A stretch of 58,565 bases of DNA. Source: Candidatus Hadarchaeota archaeon (GTDB lineage Archaea; CAYQAE01; CAYVLA01). Positions within the stretch are counted from its first letter, which is position 1; each line of letters begins with the position of its first letter. The position numbers were made by a program, and so were the translations under genes. Shown here piece after piece: positions 19,501 through 29,473 of this stretch. The notes below the pieces were generated by a model, which did not search any database, was not told the DNA's origin, and worked only from the letters and a program-made list of their open reading frames with translations. Location: NCBI GenBank assembly GCA_964621445.1, contig CAZUNO010000018.1, forward strand, positions 1-58,565, written 5' to 3'.

Positions 19501-20976
19501 TTAGGATATATCGTCGGAAACCTCGTTGGCAACTATCTGGGATGATATCAGAGTCATGGGTACCCCTATGCCGGGATGGGTGTAGTGACCTGAATAGTAA
19601 AGATTGTCCACCTTCTTGCTCTTGTGGTGGGGTCTGAAAACGGCGGTCTGCATCAAGGTGTGGCTGAGACCTAAGGCAGTGCCCTTATAGGCATTATATC
19701 TCTTGGAGAAGTCGCTCACCGTGAATATTCTTCTAACCTTAACAGAATCCCTGATATTCTCTCCGATTCGGGCCTCGAGATCATCCATTATCTGGTTATA
19801 GAACTTCTCCCGGATGGCTTCATCATCATTAAGACCGGGGGATATTGGAACCAATATGAAGAGGGTCTCGCCTCCATCCGGGGCGAAGCCAGGATCTGTT
19901 TTTGAGGGGCTATTCACATAATATGAAGGGCTCTCCGGCCACTTGGGATTCTTGGCATTGAATATCTCCTCAAATCCCTTCTCCCAGTCCTTATCCAAGA
20001 GCAGTGTGTGATGTGCGATGCTCTCCAGTTTCTTATCCACGCCCACGTAGGCAATAAAGGCAGATGGGGCCAGAACCTTCTTCCCCCAGTATTTCTGGGG
20101 ATAGGTCCGATGTTTTTCGTCCAGAAGTTCCGTCTCGGCATGGGCATAGTCAGCATTCACGACCACTAGATCCGAATCGATATCTCCCTCATCGGTTGAA
20201 ACGCCTATGGTCTTACCATCCCTGACTCTTATCTTGGTGACCGGCTGATTCAGGTTGAACTCGGCACCGTGGGAACGGGCGATATCCGCAATTGACTGAG
20301 CAACGGCCCCTATACCACCCTTTGGAAACCAGACGCCCAGTTCGAAATCAATATAGGACATTATATGATACAGAGCCGGGGTTAGTTTAGGAGAACCGCC
20401 AAGGAATCCAATCGAGTATTCTAGTATCTTCTTTGCCTTGTCGCTTTCGAAATAGCCACCGACAAAACGATCAAGGCTCTCAAACATCATGGGCAGCTGA
20501 ACGCCGCCTGATATTAGATCCCTGTTAAAGAAATCGAGAAGGGAGGAGTATTCCCTATAGATCAGGTCCTTCATGGAAAACTCGTATTTGTCCTTTGCCG
20601 AGTCAAGATACTGGCGGAGTTTCTCCCCACCATCCTCCTCAAGTTCATCAAAGAGCTCATAGTTTTTTTCGAGATCGCTGGAGACATCCATCACATCCCC
20701 ATCGCCAAAATATATCCTGTAATGTGGATCCAATCTTTTAAGTTCTAAAACATCCTCGGGCTTCTTATCGAATTCCGCGTAGAAATTTTCAAAAACATCG
20801 GGCATTAGATACCAGGAAGGCCCCATGTCGAAAGTGAAACCCCCCTCCTTGTAGACGCTAGCCCGGCCGCCTATCTGCTCGTTCTTTTCCACAACCGTCG
20901 TGTCAAATCCATCCCTGGATAAAAGGGCGGCGGCCGATAATCCACCGAATCCGGAACCAACTATAGTCGCTCTCAT
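19501..20976 (-). CDS. crtI: Phytoene desaturase family oxidoreductase (CrtI/CrtD)
   Basis: IVGSGFGGL, EKN..GGRA, FDMGPSWYLMPD, GTALGLSHTL.QT and HPGIGVPM motifs. Confidence 0.9.
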   Translation of the reverse strand: MRATIVGSGFGGLSAAALLSRDGFDTTVVEKNEQIGGRASVYKEGGFTFDMGPSWYLMPDVFENFYAEFDKKPEDVLELKRLDPHYRIYFGDGDVMDVSSDLEKNYELFDELEEDGGEKLRQYLDSAKDKYEFSMKDLIYREYSSLLDFFNRDLISGGVQLPMMFESLDRFVGGYFESDKAKKILEYSIGFLGGSPKLTPALYHIMSYIDFELGVWFPKGGIGAVAQSIADIARSHGAEFNLNQPVTKIRVRDGKTIGVSTDEGDIDSDLVVVNADYAHAETELLDEKHRTYPQKYWGKKVLAPSAFIAYVGVDKKLESIAHHTLLLDKDWEKGFEEIFNAKNPKWPESPSYYVNSPSKTDPGFAPDGGETLFILVPISPGLNDDEAIREKFYNQIMDDLEARIGENIRDSVKVRRIFTVSDFSKRYNAYKGTALGLSHTLMQTAVFRPHHKSKKVDNLYYSGHYTHPGIGVPMTLISSQIVANEVSDDIS

Positions 20977-21088
20977 TATTTGTTTGCCCCCCAAAGGGAG
21001 ATAGGGAAGAGAAATTCATTTGCCTTAAAAATCTGCACGGAATACTTAATGTCTGCCCCATCCTGTCAACCTCCGGCCTTTGGAATGA

Positions 21089-23179
21089 ATGGAACACTTT
21101 TCTAGGCTCGGGACTGGGCCATCAAGTGATAAAGTGATACAAAACACTTCTTTCAAACCCCAGGATGAAAGCTTGCCAGGGTGGAAACTCGTGGGGACTA
21201 CTTTGGAAGAATCCCTTGTAACTGGCCGGGCGCACTCCGGAACTCACTACATAAAACTAAAACCCACAGGCGGGAGGAGCTGCGTTGTCTGCAAACCCAT
21301 CTCGGTATCCGGCTCCAAGAACTACGGGCTAAGCTGGTGGATGAATATGGATGGTGGCCATCCCTGGCACTGGACATATCTCACCCGTTTCACGGGAATA
21401 GAACTTGAATTCCTCTCCAATAGCGATCGCAAGATCTCCTCGGAAGCAAGGAGGATTCGATGTCTTCGCACTCCTGGATGGCAGAGAGCCTGGTTGGTTT
21501 TCAAGACTCCCCCGAATGCGGCCAAAGTAAGGGTTTACTTCGTGCTGGATTCTCCCAAGAATATCAGCATGGAGATGGGTATCGATGACCCAAAACTGGA
21601 ACCAGTACCGGGGCCCCTGGCAGATGGTAGGGGCAGGCTCAGGATTTGGGCATTTAAGGACCAGAGATCAACCTACGCCAGATTCTCGGTTAAAGGCCCA
21701 GAAAATGGAAACCATTACCCCACTTTCTCCTTCCCCTTCAAGGATGGGAGGTTTTACCACCTTAATGACCCTAACTTAAACTATCTCGATCTCCCGCCCG
21801 GTCCCTATCTCATCAAGGCGAGCAGGGGACCAGAGGTCATAGCGGCGGAAAGGGCTGTCGAAATATATCCAGGACAGGAAAAAACCATCGAATTACGGCT
21901 GGAAAAGGAGTTTTCGGCCCACGGCTGGTACGGCGGAGACCACCACGTCCACCTCTTCTTCCATAAAGGGTCCATTCACCCCCAGATGACCATCCCGGAC
22001 GTTATGAAGATAGCCAAAGGTGAGGGGCTTAATTTCGTCTCCTTCTGCGGTGAATGGGGGGAATTTGAAGACCGTCTTGGCAATCACCATATTGCAAAAG
22101 ACAACGATTTCGTGGGACAGGTAGGCCTGGAATCTGTTAACGACTTCTACGGCCATATGTGTACCATGGGGTGGAAGAAGATACCGGAACAGGGCATACC
22201 CATGAGGTGTGTTCCCTGGCCCATGAACACCGACACCATAGAAAGCCTTATTTCCCAGGGAGGAGCGTGGGTAAATGCCCATCCCTTCGACAGGATCACC
22301 CCGGGGAGGATTATAGAGAACATGGGTGATCCCCAGAAGCTTTGCAATGCCCGTGAACTACCGGTCATCCTGGGCTTGGGATATAGAACCAACTTCGATA
22401 TCCTCTGCCATTCGACTCCCGGAGGTGCAGAGCTCAAGACATCGGAGTACTACCGGTTACTGAATATGGGATTCAAAGTCGGTGTGACTGCCTCAACTGA
22501 TTTCTACGTGGACCAGGCCAGAGGAACTCCCGGCCACAACAGAACCTACGTTAGGTCTGAATCCCTCGATTTCTCATCCATATGTGAGGGATACCGACTG
22601 GGTAGGACCTATGCCACGAACGGGCCTTTAATTGATTTCAGGCTGGGGAACCACCAGGTAGGAGATGAGGTAAGAATTCCGGGCGAGGAGGAACTCCCGG
22701 TCCAGATAAAGTCCTTCTCCCGTATGGGGCTGGACAGAGCTAAGGTCATCCTAAACGGAAGGACGATCGATGTCATGGAGGCCGAAGGAGATTGGATCAG
22801 GGAAAAGATCTCCGTACCAATTGAAAAGAGCTCCTGGGTGGCCATCCATGTCCAAGGCCCAGTGGACGACGATATTGAACCTTGGGACCTGTCACCGGAT
22901 CAGAGAAATCTACAAAGCCAGTTCTGCCACACATCCCCAATCTATGTTCAGGTTGAGGATGAACCCATCCGGCCCTCCAAAGAGGATGTGGATTTCCTAA
23001 TATCCTGGTTGGATGCCTCGGCCCAGGCCTTTCATGCCGTGGAGGGTTTCTGGGATGGATATCCCGATTCACATTATATCCACGGGCCCTATTCCCAGGA
23101 GGAAAAGGAAAGGATAACGGGGGCCTTTGAAAACAGGATCCAAAAGGCCAAGCAAGGATTAAGGAGACTGCTCGAGTGA
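21089..23179 (+). CDS. CehA/McbA-like PHP-fold metallohydrolase with N-terminal carbohydrate-binding-like domain
   Basis: WYGGDHHVH, GH, NAHP, ASTD, RTYV, GRTYATNGP and CHTSPIYV motifs. Confidence 0.78.
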   Translation: MEHFSRLGTGPSSDKVIQNTSFKPQDESLPGWKLVGTTLEESLVTGRAHSGTHYIKLKPTGGRSCVVCKPISVSGSKNYGLSWWMNMDGGHPWHWTYLTRFTGIELEFLSNSDRKISSEARRIRCLRTPGWQRAWLVFKTPPNAAKVRVYFVLDSPKNISMEMGIDDPKLEPVPGPLADGRGRLRIWAFKDQRSTYARFSVKGPENGNHYPTFSFPFKDGRFYHLNDPNLNYLDLPPGPYLIKASRGPEVIAAERAVEIYPGQEKTIELRLEKEFSAHGWYGGDHHVHLFFHKGSIHPQMTIPDVMKIAKGEGLNFVSFCGEWGEFEDRLGNHHIAKDNDFVGQVGLESVNDFYGHMCTMGWKKIPEQGIPMRCVPWPMNTDTIESLISQGGAWVNAHPFDRITPGRIIENMGDPQKLCNARELPVILGLGYRTNFDILCHSTPGGAELKTSEYYRLLNMGFKVGVTASTDFYVDQARGTPGHNRTYVRSESLDFSSICEGYRLGRTYATNGPLIDFRLGNHQVGDEVRIPGEEELPVQIKSFSRMGLDRAKVILNGRTIDVMEAEGDWIREKISVPIEKSSWVAIHVQGPVDDDIEPWDLSPDQRNLQSQFCHTSPIYVQVEDEPIRPSKEDVDFLISWLDASAQAFHAVEGFWDGYPDSHYIHGPYSQEEKERITGAFENRIQKAKQGLRRLLE

Positions 23180-23187
23180 ATTAACGA

Positions 23188-25818
23188 CTAATCCAGACAG
23201 TATCTGAAGGTCACCGGGCAGCCGCTTCTGATATAGAGGGGGTCCCCGAAACTGAGAACCAGCTCCCCATCTTTAATCTCGGCCCTGAAATCCAACGTCT
23301 CGGCTCCCTCTATCTCTATCTCCTTTACCGATTCATATCCCGCTGATTTCAGTAGCAATACCCTGACGGGGAAGTCCTCGTCCAATGATATCTCCAATTC
23401 TGCCTCGAATCCGTCGCTCTTTGACTCCCTGTACCTAGCTTCACCCCAGAAGGATCCGGTGATAATCGGGCTAACGAAGCTTCCCTGCCAATCCTCAGGT
23501 ATGTTTGGTCTAAATCCCATGATTCCCCTCGGAATATCGATGTGGAATCCCTGCAGCGCCCACAGCACATGCCATATGCTTCCGGAGTTCATATAACGGT
23601 CGCCACGGGGCCTATTCTCCTTTCCAAGGCCAATGGGCTGGTCCCATATCATGCCCCATTTCTCATAGATAAGATCATGAACTCCTTTCACCGAGGAAAG
23701 CCCCAGATCCACCTCCCCAACGCTAATGGCCAGGGCCCCGAAGTGGGCCACGTTGTAACCTGGCCAATTGCGGTCCCTGTGTTCGCTACGGGTGATGAAC
23801 CGGCCCCCTCCCTCCAAATCCATTTCCAGGAGATTTTTCATGGTGTCCAGAGCTTGCTCCACCCGCGCCGGGTCGTTCACGGGACCTTGATTAAGGAATA
23901 TGGAGTACCATGTACCGGTCAGCTGATCATCCCGGCACTGGTTCTTGTCAGGATTTTCATCAGGCTTATAGTACCTCTGATCCTCCTCGGCGATTTCCTC
24001 CTTGCTCCTTGTGTCCAGGCTTTCGGTACACATCACGTAGTGACCTTTTTCCTCGTCCCAGAGCTTTTCCTCAAAGCTATTTTTGGCTTTTGGGTAAAGC
24101 TCACGGTACATCTCAGCCGCTTCATCGTCCCCCACGGTCTCCGCTATTTCCGGGAATACCTTTAGAGCCGCCAACCAGAGCCCTCCATCATAAGAATCTG
24201 CCCCAAAGAAATGACCTTCGAAGGTATTGCAGTTTCCGTGGCCTTCGGGTAATAGGTCTCCATCAAGATCCAGGGACTTCTCCCTTTCCATGGTCTGCTT
24301 TATCTTGTAGTAGATCTCCCTGAGGTCATCCTCCTTCCCGGTGTACAGGTAGTTCCTCCAGCAGAGAAGAACGAACTTTGGATTCAGATCAATCCAGTTG
24401 TATCCGTACACATTCAGAAAGTCGATACGGTTATTGCCAAAATCGTGGAATATCTGGCCTTTGTATTTTCCCAGCTTCTCGTAAAGCCTGTCGGAGAAAT
24501 CGGCGTACATCATCAACTCCCTGTGATCGAGCTCAGGGCAGAATACAAGGGACATTGGAGACCCATAGAACCGCTGATCCAGGGTCCCCAGGCAGGGACA
24601 GTTTGGAGATTCTAGAATGGTAAATCTTCCATCCTTGGCCCAGGTCATGTTCGTGGACAGCAGGTAGTTTTGGTTAATGAGCATCTCCTTTAGCCAATCC
24701 GGCAAGGTGCTCGATAGAATATACTCCTGCCATCTCTCGACATCGTCCAAATAATCATCCACAAGGCACAGATTATCCCTCAACACATCAATTGAGGAAG
24801 CATAGAAGTTGGCATACCAATGACCTATCTTTCTGCCTTCAAAGTCCTCCGGAGTTGCCACCCTGCTGGCAATATCTCCCTTTCCAAATCCCCACCTCTC
24901 CGGGGTATACCAGCTGAAGGCGAAAACGATACTGGTTCTCTCCCCTTTCCATAGCGAGAAGTTGGTTCCAACGATGGCAGCGGTCTGATTTTCCCCATTC
25001 TCCAGATAGTCCTCCAGACGGAGGTCACTGGATAACCGCTCAAGGAGTTTAGATAGCTTCTTAATATCCGATGGGTCATACTGATGAACGAAAACATCAC
25101 CCGTACTCTGGCAAACTAGTGAATAATCACCGTAGGCGAAGCCCGCAACTTCGGGGTGTCTCTCCCTGTGGTAAAAGGAGACGCCAGATGCGAAAGGTGA
25201 TACCTCCACCCTCTCCGCCCATCCTCTGTCTTCGGAGATATGGGGTTCGGTGCTAGGAACGAAGCTATCCCAGGCCACTTTTGACCCCCAGCAACCGTTT
25301 ATATCCTCCCAGGAAAAGCAAAGGCTGCCCTCAACCTTGCTGTCCGACATATTCTCGATCTCGAAGATGAAGAAGGTCACTGGTAAGCTAAGGGCGTGGG
25401 GCGACCGGGGTATAATGGGGGAGAAGGCGGTTAGACGGACCTTAATTGGGATATCCTGAAGTCTATATCTAATAACACACTTTGGATACAAGCCCTGGTA
25501 ATCGATTTCAGAGGTGTTCATCAGGTAATCTTTCGGGACAACTTCGGAGGCGTTTTGGAGTATCTTGGTCGTGCTGGCCTCCCCGGTGCTGGCTGAAAGG
25601 GCCAGGAAGGTGCCATTCATGCCGTCTATCGGAAACACATCGTTATTGTTTATGGTAAAGTGGTGAAAGGATCCATCGGGGCAGAGCTCGATCTTGCCGG
25701 TTCCAATCCCTCCTAGGGGAACTCCCGAAAGTTTTTTGGGGTCATCGGAGTCGAGGTCTTCGTTTCGTACCGAACCGGCCGGGCTTTCTAGGAACTCATC
25801 ATATACCTCTCGGGACAT
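23188..25818 (-). CDS. Glycoside hydrolase family 116 (GBA2-like beta-glucosidase)
   Basis: SGVPLGGIGTG, AFSPIIP, ILES..CPCLGTLDQRFY, NTFE and DQLTGTWY motifs. Confidence 0.88.
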   Translation of the reverse strand: MSREVYDEFLESPAGSVRNEDLDSDDPKKLSGVPLGGIGTGKIELCPDGSFHHFTINNNDVFPIDGMNGTFLALSASTGEASTTKILQNASEVVPKDYLMNTSEIDYQGLYPKCVIRYRLQDIPIKVRLTAFSPIIPRSPHALSLPVTFFIFEIENMSDSKVEGSLCFSWEDINGCWGSKVAWDSFVPSTEPHISEDRGWAERVEVSPFASGVSFYHRERHPEVAGFAYGDYSLVCQSTGDVFVHQYDPSDIKKLSKLLERLSSDLRLEDYLENGENQTAAIVGTNFSLWKGERTSIVFAFSWYTPERWGFGKGDIASRVATPEDFEGRKIGHWYANFYASSIDVLRDNLCLVDDYLDDVERWQEYILSSTLPDWLKEMLINQNYLLSTNMTWAKDGRFTILESPNCPCLGTLDQRFYGSPMSLVFCPELDHRELMMYADFSDRLYEKLGKYKGQIFHDFGNNRIDFLNVYGYNWIDLNPKFVLLCWRNYLYTGKEDDLREIYYKIKQTMEREKSLDLDGDLLPEGHGNCNTFEGHFFGADSYDGGLWLAALKVFPEIAETVGDDEAAEMYRELYPKAKNSFEEKLWDEEKGHYVMCTESLDTRSKEEIAEEDQRYYKPDENPDKNQCRDDQLTGTWYSIFLNQGPVNDPARVEQALDTMKNLLEMDLEGGGRFITRSEHRDRNWPGYNVAHFGALAISVGEVDLGLSSVKGVHDLIYEKWGMIWDQPIGLGKENRPRGDRYMNSGSIWHVLWALQGFHIDIPRGIMGFRPNIPEDWQGSFVSPIITGSFWGEARYRESKSDGFEAELEISLDEDFPVRVLLLKSAGYESVKEIEIEGAETLDFRAEIKDGELVLSFGDPLYIRSGCPVTFRYCLD

Positions 25819-25905
25819 TCATTACACCGGGCGTTATGAAATGCTATTGGATAAAAAATGTGGTGTAGTGGAAAATCTATTAGCCAAGGGCGCTGGACCT
25901 AATGC

Positions 25906-27063
25906 ATGATCGACTCCATAGAAAGAGAGGTCCTATGTAAGGGAAGAGAATCGGGAACGACCTGGTTTCACCCGCGACCCTCGGCAATACCCGGGTCCTC
26001 GAACCGGGATACCTCATTCATCATGACCCTTCAGGAGATCACCGGGAGCGATGTATTTGGGCACGTTCATGAGACTACCTCCACCGATCTGGGAAGAAGC
26101 TGGAGTACACCCGAACCCATACCGGACATGGGAAGAAAGAGGATTCAAGGGGACCTGTTCCGCGGGGTTTGCGATGTTGTTCCAGGATTTCATTCACAGA
26201 CCGGAACCCTACTTTCCATAGGGCATGATGTCTACTATCGGGATAACAAGTTGGTCAGGCCCTTGGATCGTTATCTGGGTCCGGCATATTCGGTAAAGGA
26301 TCTGAACAAGGGTACCTGGTCATCGTTACATCGGTTCGCGGCTCCCGACCAACGGATGAAAGGAATTTGCAGCTCCGGCTGTTCTCAGAGACTTCATCTT
26401 TCGAATGGGGACATCCTCCTTCCGTGTTCCTGGGCCCCGAAAAGGGACCTCCCCAGATCGGTCGGCACACTTCTACTCGGCTTCGATGGCCAGGAGCTAT
26501 TCCTCAAGGACTCAACGGAGGAGGAGCTGGCAATGTCCCAGGGAAGAGGCCTCCTAGAACCGTCCCTAACCGAATTTCGGGGTACCTACTATCTTACCAT
26601 CCGTGCCGAGGACGGGCACGGCTACCTGAGTACATCCAAGGATGGACTCAACTGGTCGAACATAAAACCCTGGTCCTGGGATAATGGACAAACCCTGGAA
26701 ATGAGTACCACCCAACAGCACTGGCTTAACCATAGCGAAGGCCTGTACCTGGTCTACACCAGGAAGAGCCCATCCAATTCCAACGTTTTTCGTTGGAGAT
26801 CCCCCATATATGTTGCCAGGTTCGACCACCGGGAGCTTTACCTTGTGAAAGAGACCGAGGAGATAGTCCTTCCTCTGCTGGGCGATGGCATCAATAGACC
26901 AGAGGAAGTTGCCAGGATGGGTAACTTCCATACCCTCTCTGCCAGCCCTACTGAATCATGGGTGACAGTTGGCGAGACACTGCCCTCAAATGAATGGAGA
27001 GGGAACCTTTTGCTGGCAAGGATAAATTGGCGGGAACCCAATCATCTGGCTCCCGGCTTCTAG
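25906..27063 (+). CDS. Sialidase-like/BNR-repeat beta-propeller glycosidase
   Basis: Asp-box repeats STDLGRSW and SKDGLNW; GRGLLEPS, STTQQHW and RWRSP motifs. Confidence 0.78.
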   Translation: MIDSIEREVLCKGRESGTTWFHPRPSAIPGSSNRDTSFIMTLQEITGSDVFGHVHETTSTDLGRSWSTPEPIPDMGRKRIQGDLFRGVCDVVPGFHSQTGTLLSIGHDVYYRDNKLVRPLDRYLGPAYSVKDLNKGTWSSLHRFAAPDQRMKGICSSGCSQRLHLSNGDILLPCSWAPKRDLPRSVGTLLLGFDGQELFLKDSTEEELAMSQGRGLLEPSLTEFRGTYYLTIRAEDGHGYLSTSKDGLNWSNIKPWSWDNGQTLEMSTTQQHWLNHSEGLYLVYTRKSPSNSNVFRWRSPIYVARFDHRELYLVKETEEIVLPLLGDGINRPEEVARMGNFHTLSASPTESWVTVGETLPSNEWRGNLLLARINWREPNHLAPGF

Positions 27064-28173
27064 TCAATACTTTCCGAAGTCCTTTCCTGCGCGAACGAAT
27101 TCCCTCTGATTGGCGTAAAGCCTGTCAGTTATCTCCGCGATGGGCTCGGCGGTTGGGAAAACAATATATCCCCCACCTGCTGCTGCCTGCCCTATGGCCT
27201 CTTTTACCTTTTGCCGAATCTTTCCCGGTCCATTGAACGATAGGTCCTTATACTGTATATAGCCCATTAGACAGGTGCGGTCCCCTATTCTTCTCTTGAT
27301 CTCCTCCAGCTCGATATCTCCGTCAGGAGGAGGCTCTATGGGTTCCAAAACGTGAGGATCAATCTTACGTATGCCGGAAAGCACGGTTCCTATCTGCCCA
27401 TGACAGTGTATACATCCCACGTTATCATTCCTCTTCACGATGTCAATTAGCCTCTTATCATACGGTACAACGTACTTATCGAAAAGTGCGGGTGGAAGGA
27501 TGGGGGGTGTCACGTATTCGGGACCCACAATCCGGTACATCACATCACATGACTGCTCTGCCATGCGTTTAACGTAATCCTCCAGTCTCTCAGCGAAAAA
27601 ATCGAGAAGCCGAATGATCAGGTTTTGGTTACGGCTAGCGGTTAGGGCGAAATCTCTCAGAGTAAACAGCTCGGCAACCGTACATATTGGATCGGCCACC
27701 CCTATGGCCACTATCCCTCTTCCCCCGAGCATTTCCTGGGAATCGTGGACTCTCGACATGTCAACATCAAGGGGTTCAAAGGGCATGGACATTATCTTTT
27801 CCGCATCTTCCCGGTTCTGGACAAAACTGTCGAACCTCCATACCGTCTCCACCCCCTCTCGAGTCTTACTCCTGCGATGCAGCTCACCGTTGGGGGTTAC
27901 TAGGGTATCATGATGGTATGTCTCCCCATTCTCCTCCCAGGAATCCCTCTCCATTCGTACCTCATCGGATGCGGAGAGGTATACTCCACCGGCTCTCGGC
28001 GATCTTGGAAGCACTATATCAGTTTTCTGAACCAGTTCATGAAATCTGTCATAGCCAAGATCTCTCTTCCTTTGGTCGAGTTCAACGAAGGGATCAACAT
28101 AGGAGAAGGTAACTGGAACTCGATCAGGTTCTTCCAGGTGGAAAGCCCGCATAAACCTCTCTCTTGAATTCAT
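27064..28173 (-). CDS. Uroporphyrinogen decarboxylase/MtaA superfamily protein
   Basis: MNSRERF...EPDRVPV N-terminus, IHCHG, EPPPDGD and AAGGGYI motifs. Confidence 0.85.
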   Translation of the reverse strand: MNSRERFMRAFHLEEPDRVPVTFSYVDPFVELDQRKRDLGYDRFHELVQKTDIVLPRSPRAGGVYLSASDEVRMERDSWEENGETYHHDTLVTPNGELHRRSKTREGVETVWRFDSFVQNREDAEKIMSMPFEPLDVDMSRVHDSQEMLGGRGIVAIGVADPICTVAELFTLRDFALTASRNQNLIIRLLDFFAERLEDYVKRMAEQSCDVMYRIVGPEYVTPPILPPALFDKYVVPYDKRLIDIVKRNDNVGCIHCHGQIGTVLSGIRKIDPHVLEPIEPPPDGDIELEEIKRRIGDRTCLMGYIQYKDLSFNGPGKIRQKVKEAIGQAAAGGGYIVFPTAEPIAEITDRLYANQREFVRAGKDFGKY

Positions 28174-28251
28174 GGAATCGGCCGGATATCTACTGCCGGT
28201 GAGTTATCTCCTTAATACTTTCTCCTAGGAATCATGGTTGGATATGGACCC

Positions 28252-29388
28252 TCATGCAACCTTCCTGATCAGGGAAGCAATGGCCTCGGCAATCAGGGCT
28301 CCCGCCTCACGATAATCCCTCCGGGTCAGGATCAACCCCTTCGAGCTTCCGTATGGAGTCTCAATGGTGAGGCCGTAAATCTTCTGGGAACAGCAATGGG
28401 CAGTGAAGGATGGCGTTTCCCATCGGCTGGAATACTGGGCAACACGGGGAAAATTCTCATCAGCGTAGCGACCAAGCTTGGCCGAAATCCGATCTGCAGC
28501 CCTCTTGGCCATCCGGTGAGCATCAGAATAGGTGTCCGGATTAGGAAGGAAGCAATATATGCCCCCGGTCTCGCAGCATCCAGGAGCGTGAAAATCAATT
28601 CCTATGGCCGATTGACACCGGTCCAACCAGCGCCCCATATCCCGTTTATATACCAAGGTCTCATGTCGCATTGGGGGATGACCCCAGGCACGATTCAAAT
28701 CATAGGGGTAACCATCCTTCCCGTAATGCCCACCCTTCACTCCATCGATGTGTGCCAGTGGGATAGCCCAAATGAAGGGAGTCTCGTCTCCCAGATTCGA
28801 TAGCTTACGAAGAAATCCATCCAAAACCCAGGACCCTGGCGTCTCCCCCGAGTGTTGTCTGCACATCAGGAAGAGTCCCGGACGTTCCAGGTTAACCCGG
28901 TGGTAATTGGACAACCGGGTCAACGGCCGTCCATTTTGACTCACCCCGATCTTATCAAGCCTAAAGGAATCTCCGGTGTCGGATACCAGTTTTCTCAAAT
29001 CGGGTTCACCATAGGGATAGCAAAATGCAAAATCCAGGGTCCTGGACTCCACATCGAGAAACCAGACCGCGTTCACCCGACCGTCATCCCTCTCCTCCGG
29101 TATTCCGGAATGCAAACGGCGCCAGCCGTGTCCCTTGAACCTGACTACCGGGTACATACTTTCCGGGTTTCCGCCTCCAAGAAGGTTTTCGGGGTATTTG
29201 AGAACCAGCTTCAACTTATCTGATGAGGACTCCTCTCCCTCAAGCCTGAGAAAGAACCAGAGGGATTCTGGCCCCCCATGGGGATCGGCGGCAAATTGGA
29301 TTATAGCATTCTTTTCATCTTCCTCGATGGTTACATCACATGCGTTTCCATAGGGAACATCAGTACGTACTTTCCAGGGCAAAGCCAA
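28252..29388 (-). CDS. M14 zinc carboxypeptidase family protein
   Basis: RQHSGE (HxxE), DLNRAW, DFHAP and catalytic IETPY motifs. Confidence 0.85.
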   Translation of the reverse strand: MALPWKVRTDVPYGNACDVTIEEDEKNAIIQFAADPHGGPESLWFFLRLEGEESSSDKLKLVLKYPENLLGGGNPESMYPVVRFKGHGWRRLHSGIPEERDDGRVNAVWFLDVESRTLDFAFCYPYGEPDLRKLVSDTGDSFRLDKIGVSQNGRPLTRLSNYHRVNLERPGLFLMCRQHSGETPGSWVLDGFLRKLSNLGDETPFIWAIPLAHIDGVKGGHYGKDGYPYDLNRAWGHPPMRHETLVYKRDMGRWLDRCQSAIGIDFHAPGCCETGGIYCFLPNPDTYSDAHRMAKRAADRISAKLGRYADENFPRVAQYSSRWETPSFTAHCCSQKIYGLTIETPYGSSKGLILTRRDYREAGALIAEAIASLIRKVA

Positions 29389-29473
29389 CCATCCTTCTCC
29401 CGTGCCGGATTCGTGGACATATATCTTTACCCTCTACTAGCAATTAATAAGCCACCTCTGTTGATCCGCAGAC

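Noticed and set aside
23542-24165. 207-aa antisense ORF in GH116, and similar long antisense ORFs (5975-6565, 28234-28803, 29738-30244)
   Set aside because: They lie almost wholly opposite well-supported genes and have no recognisable motifs.
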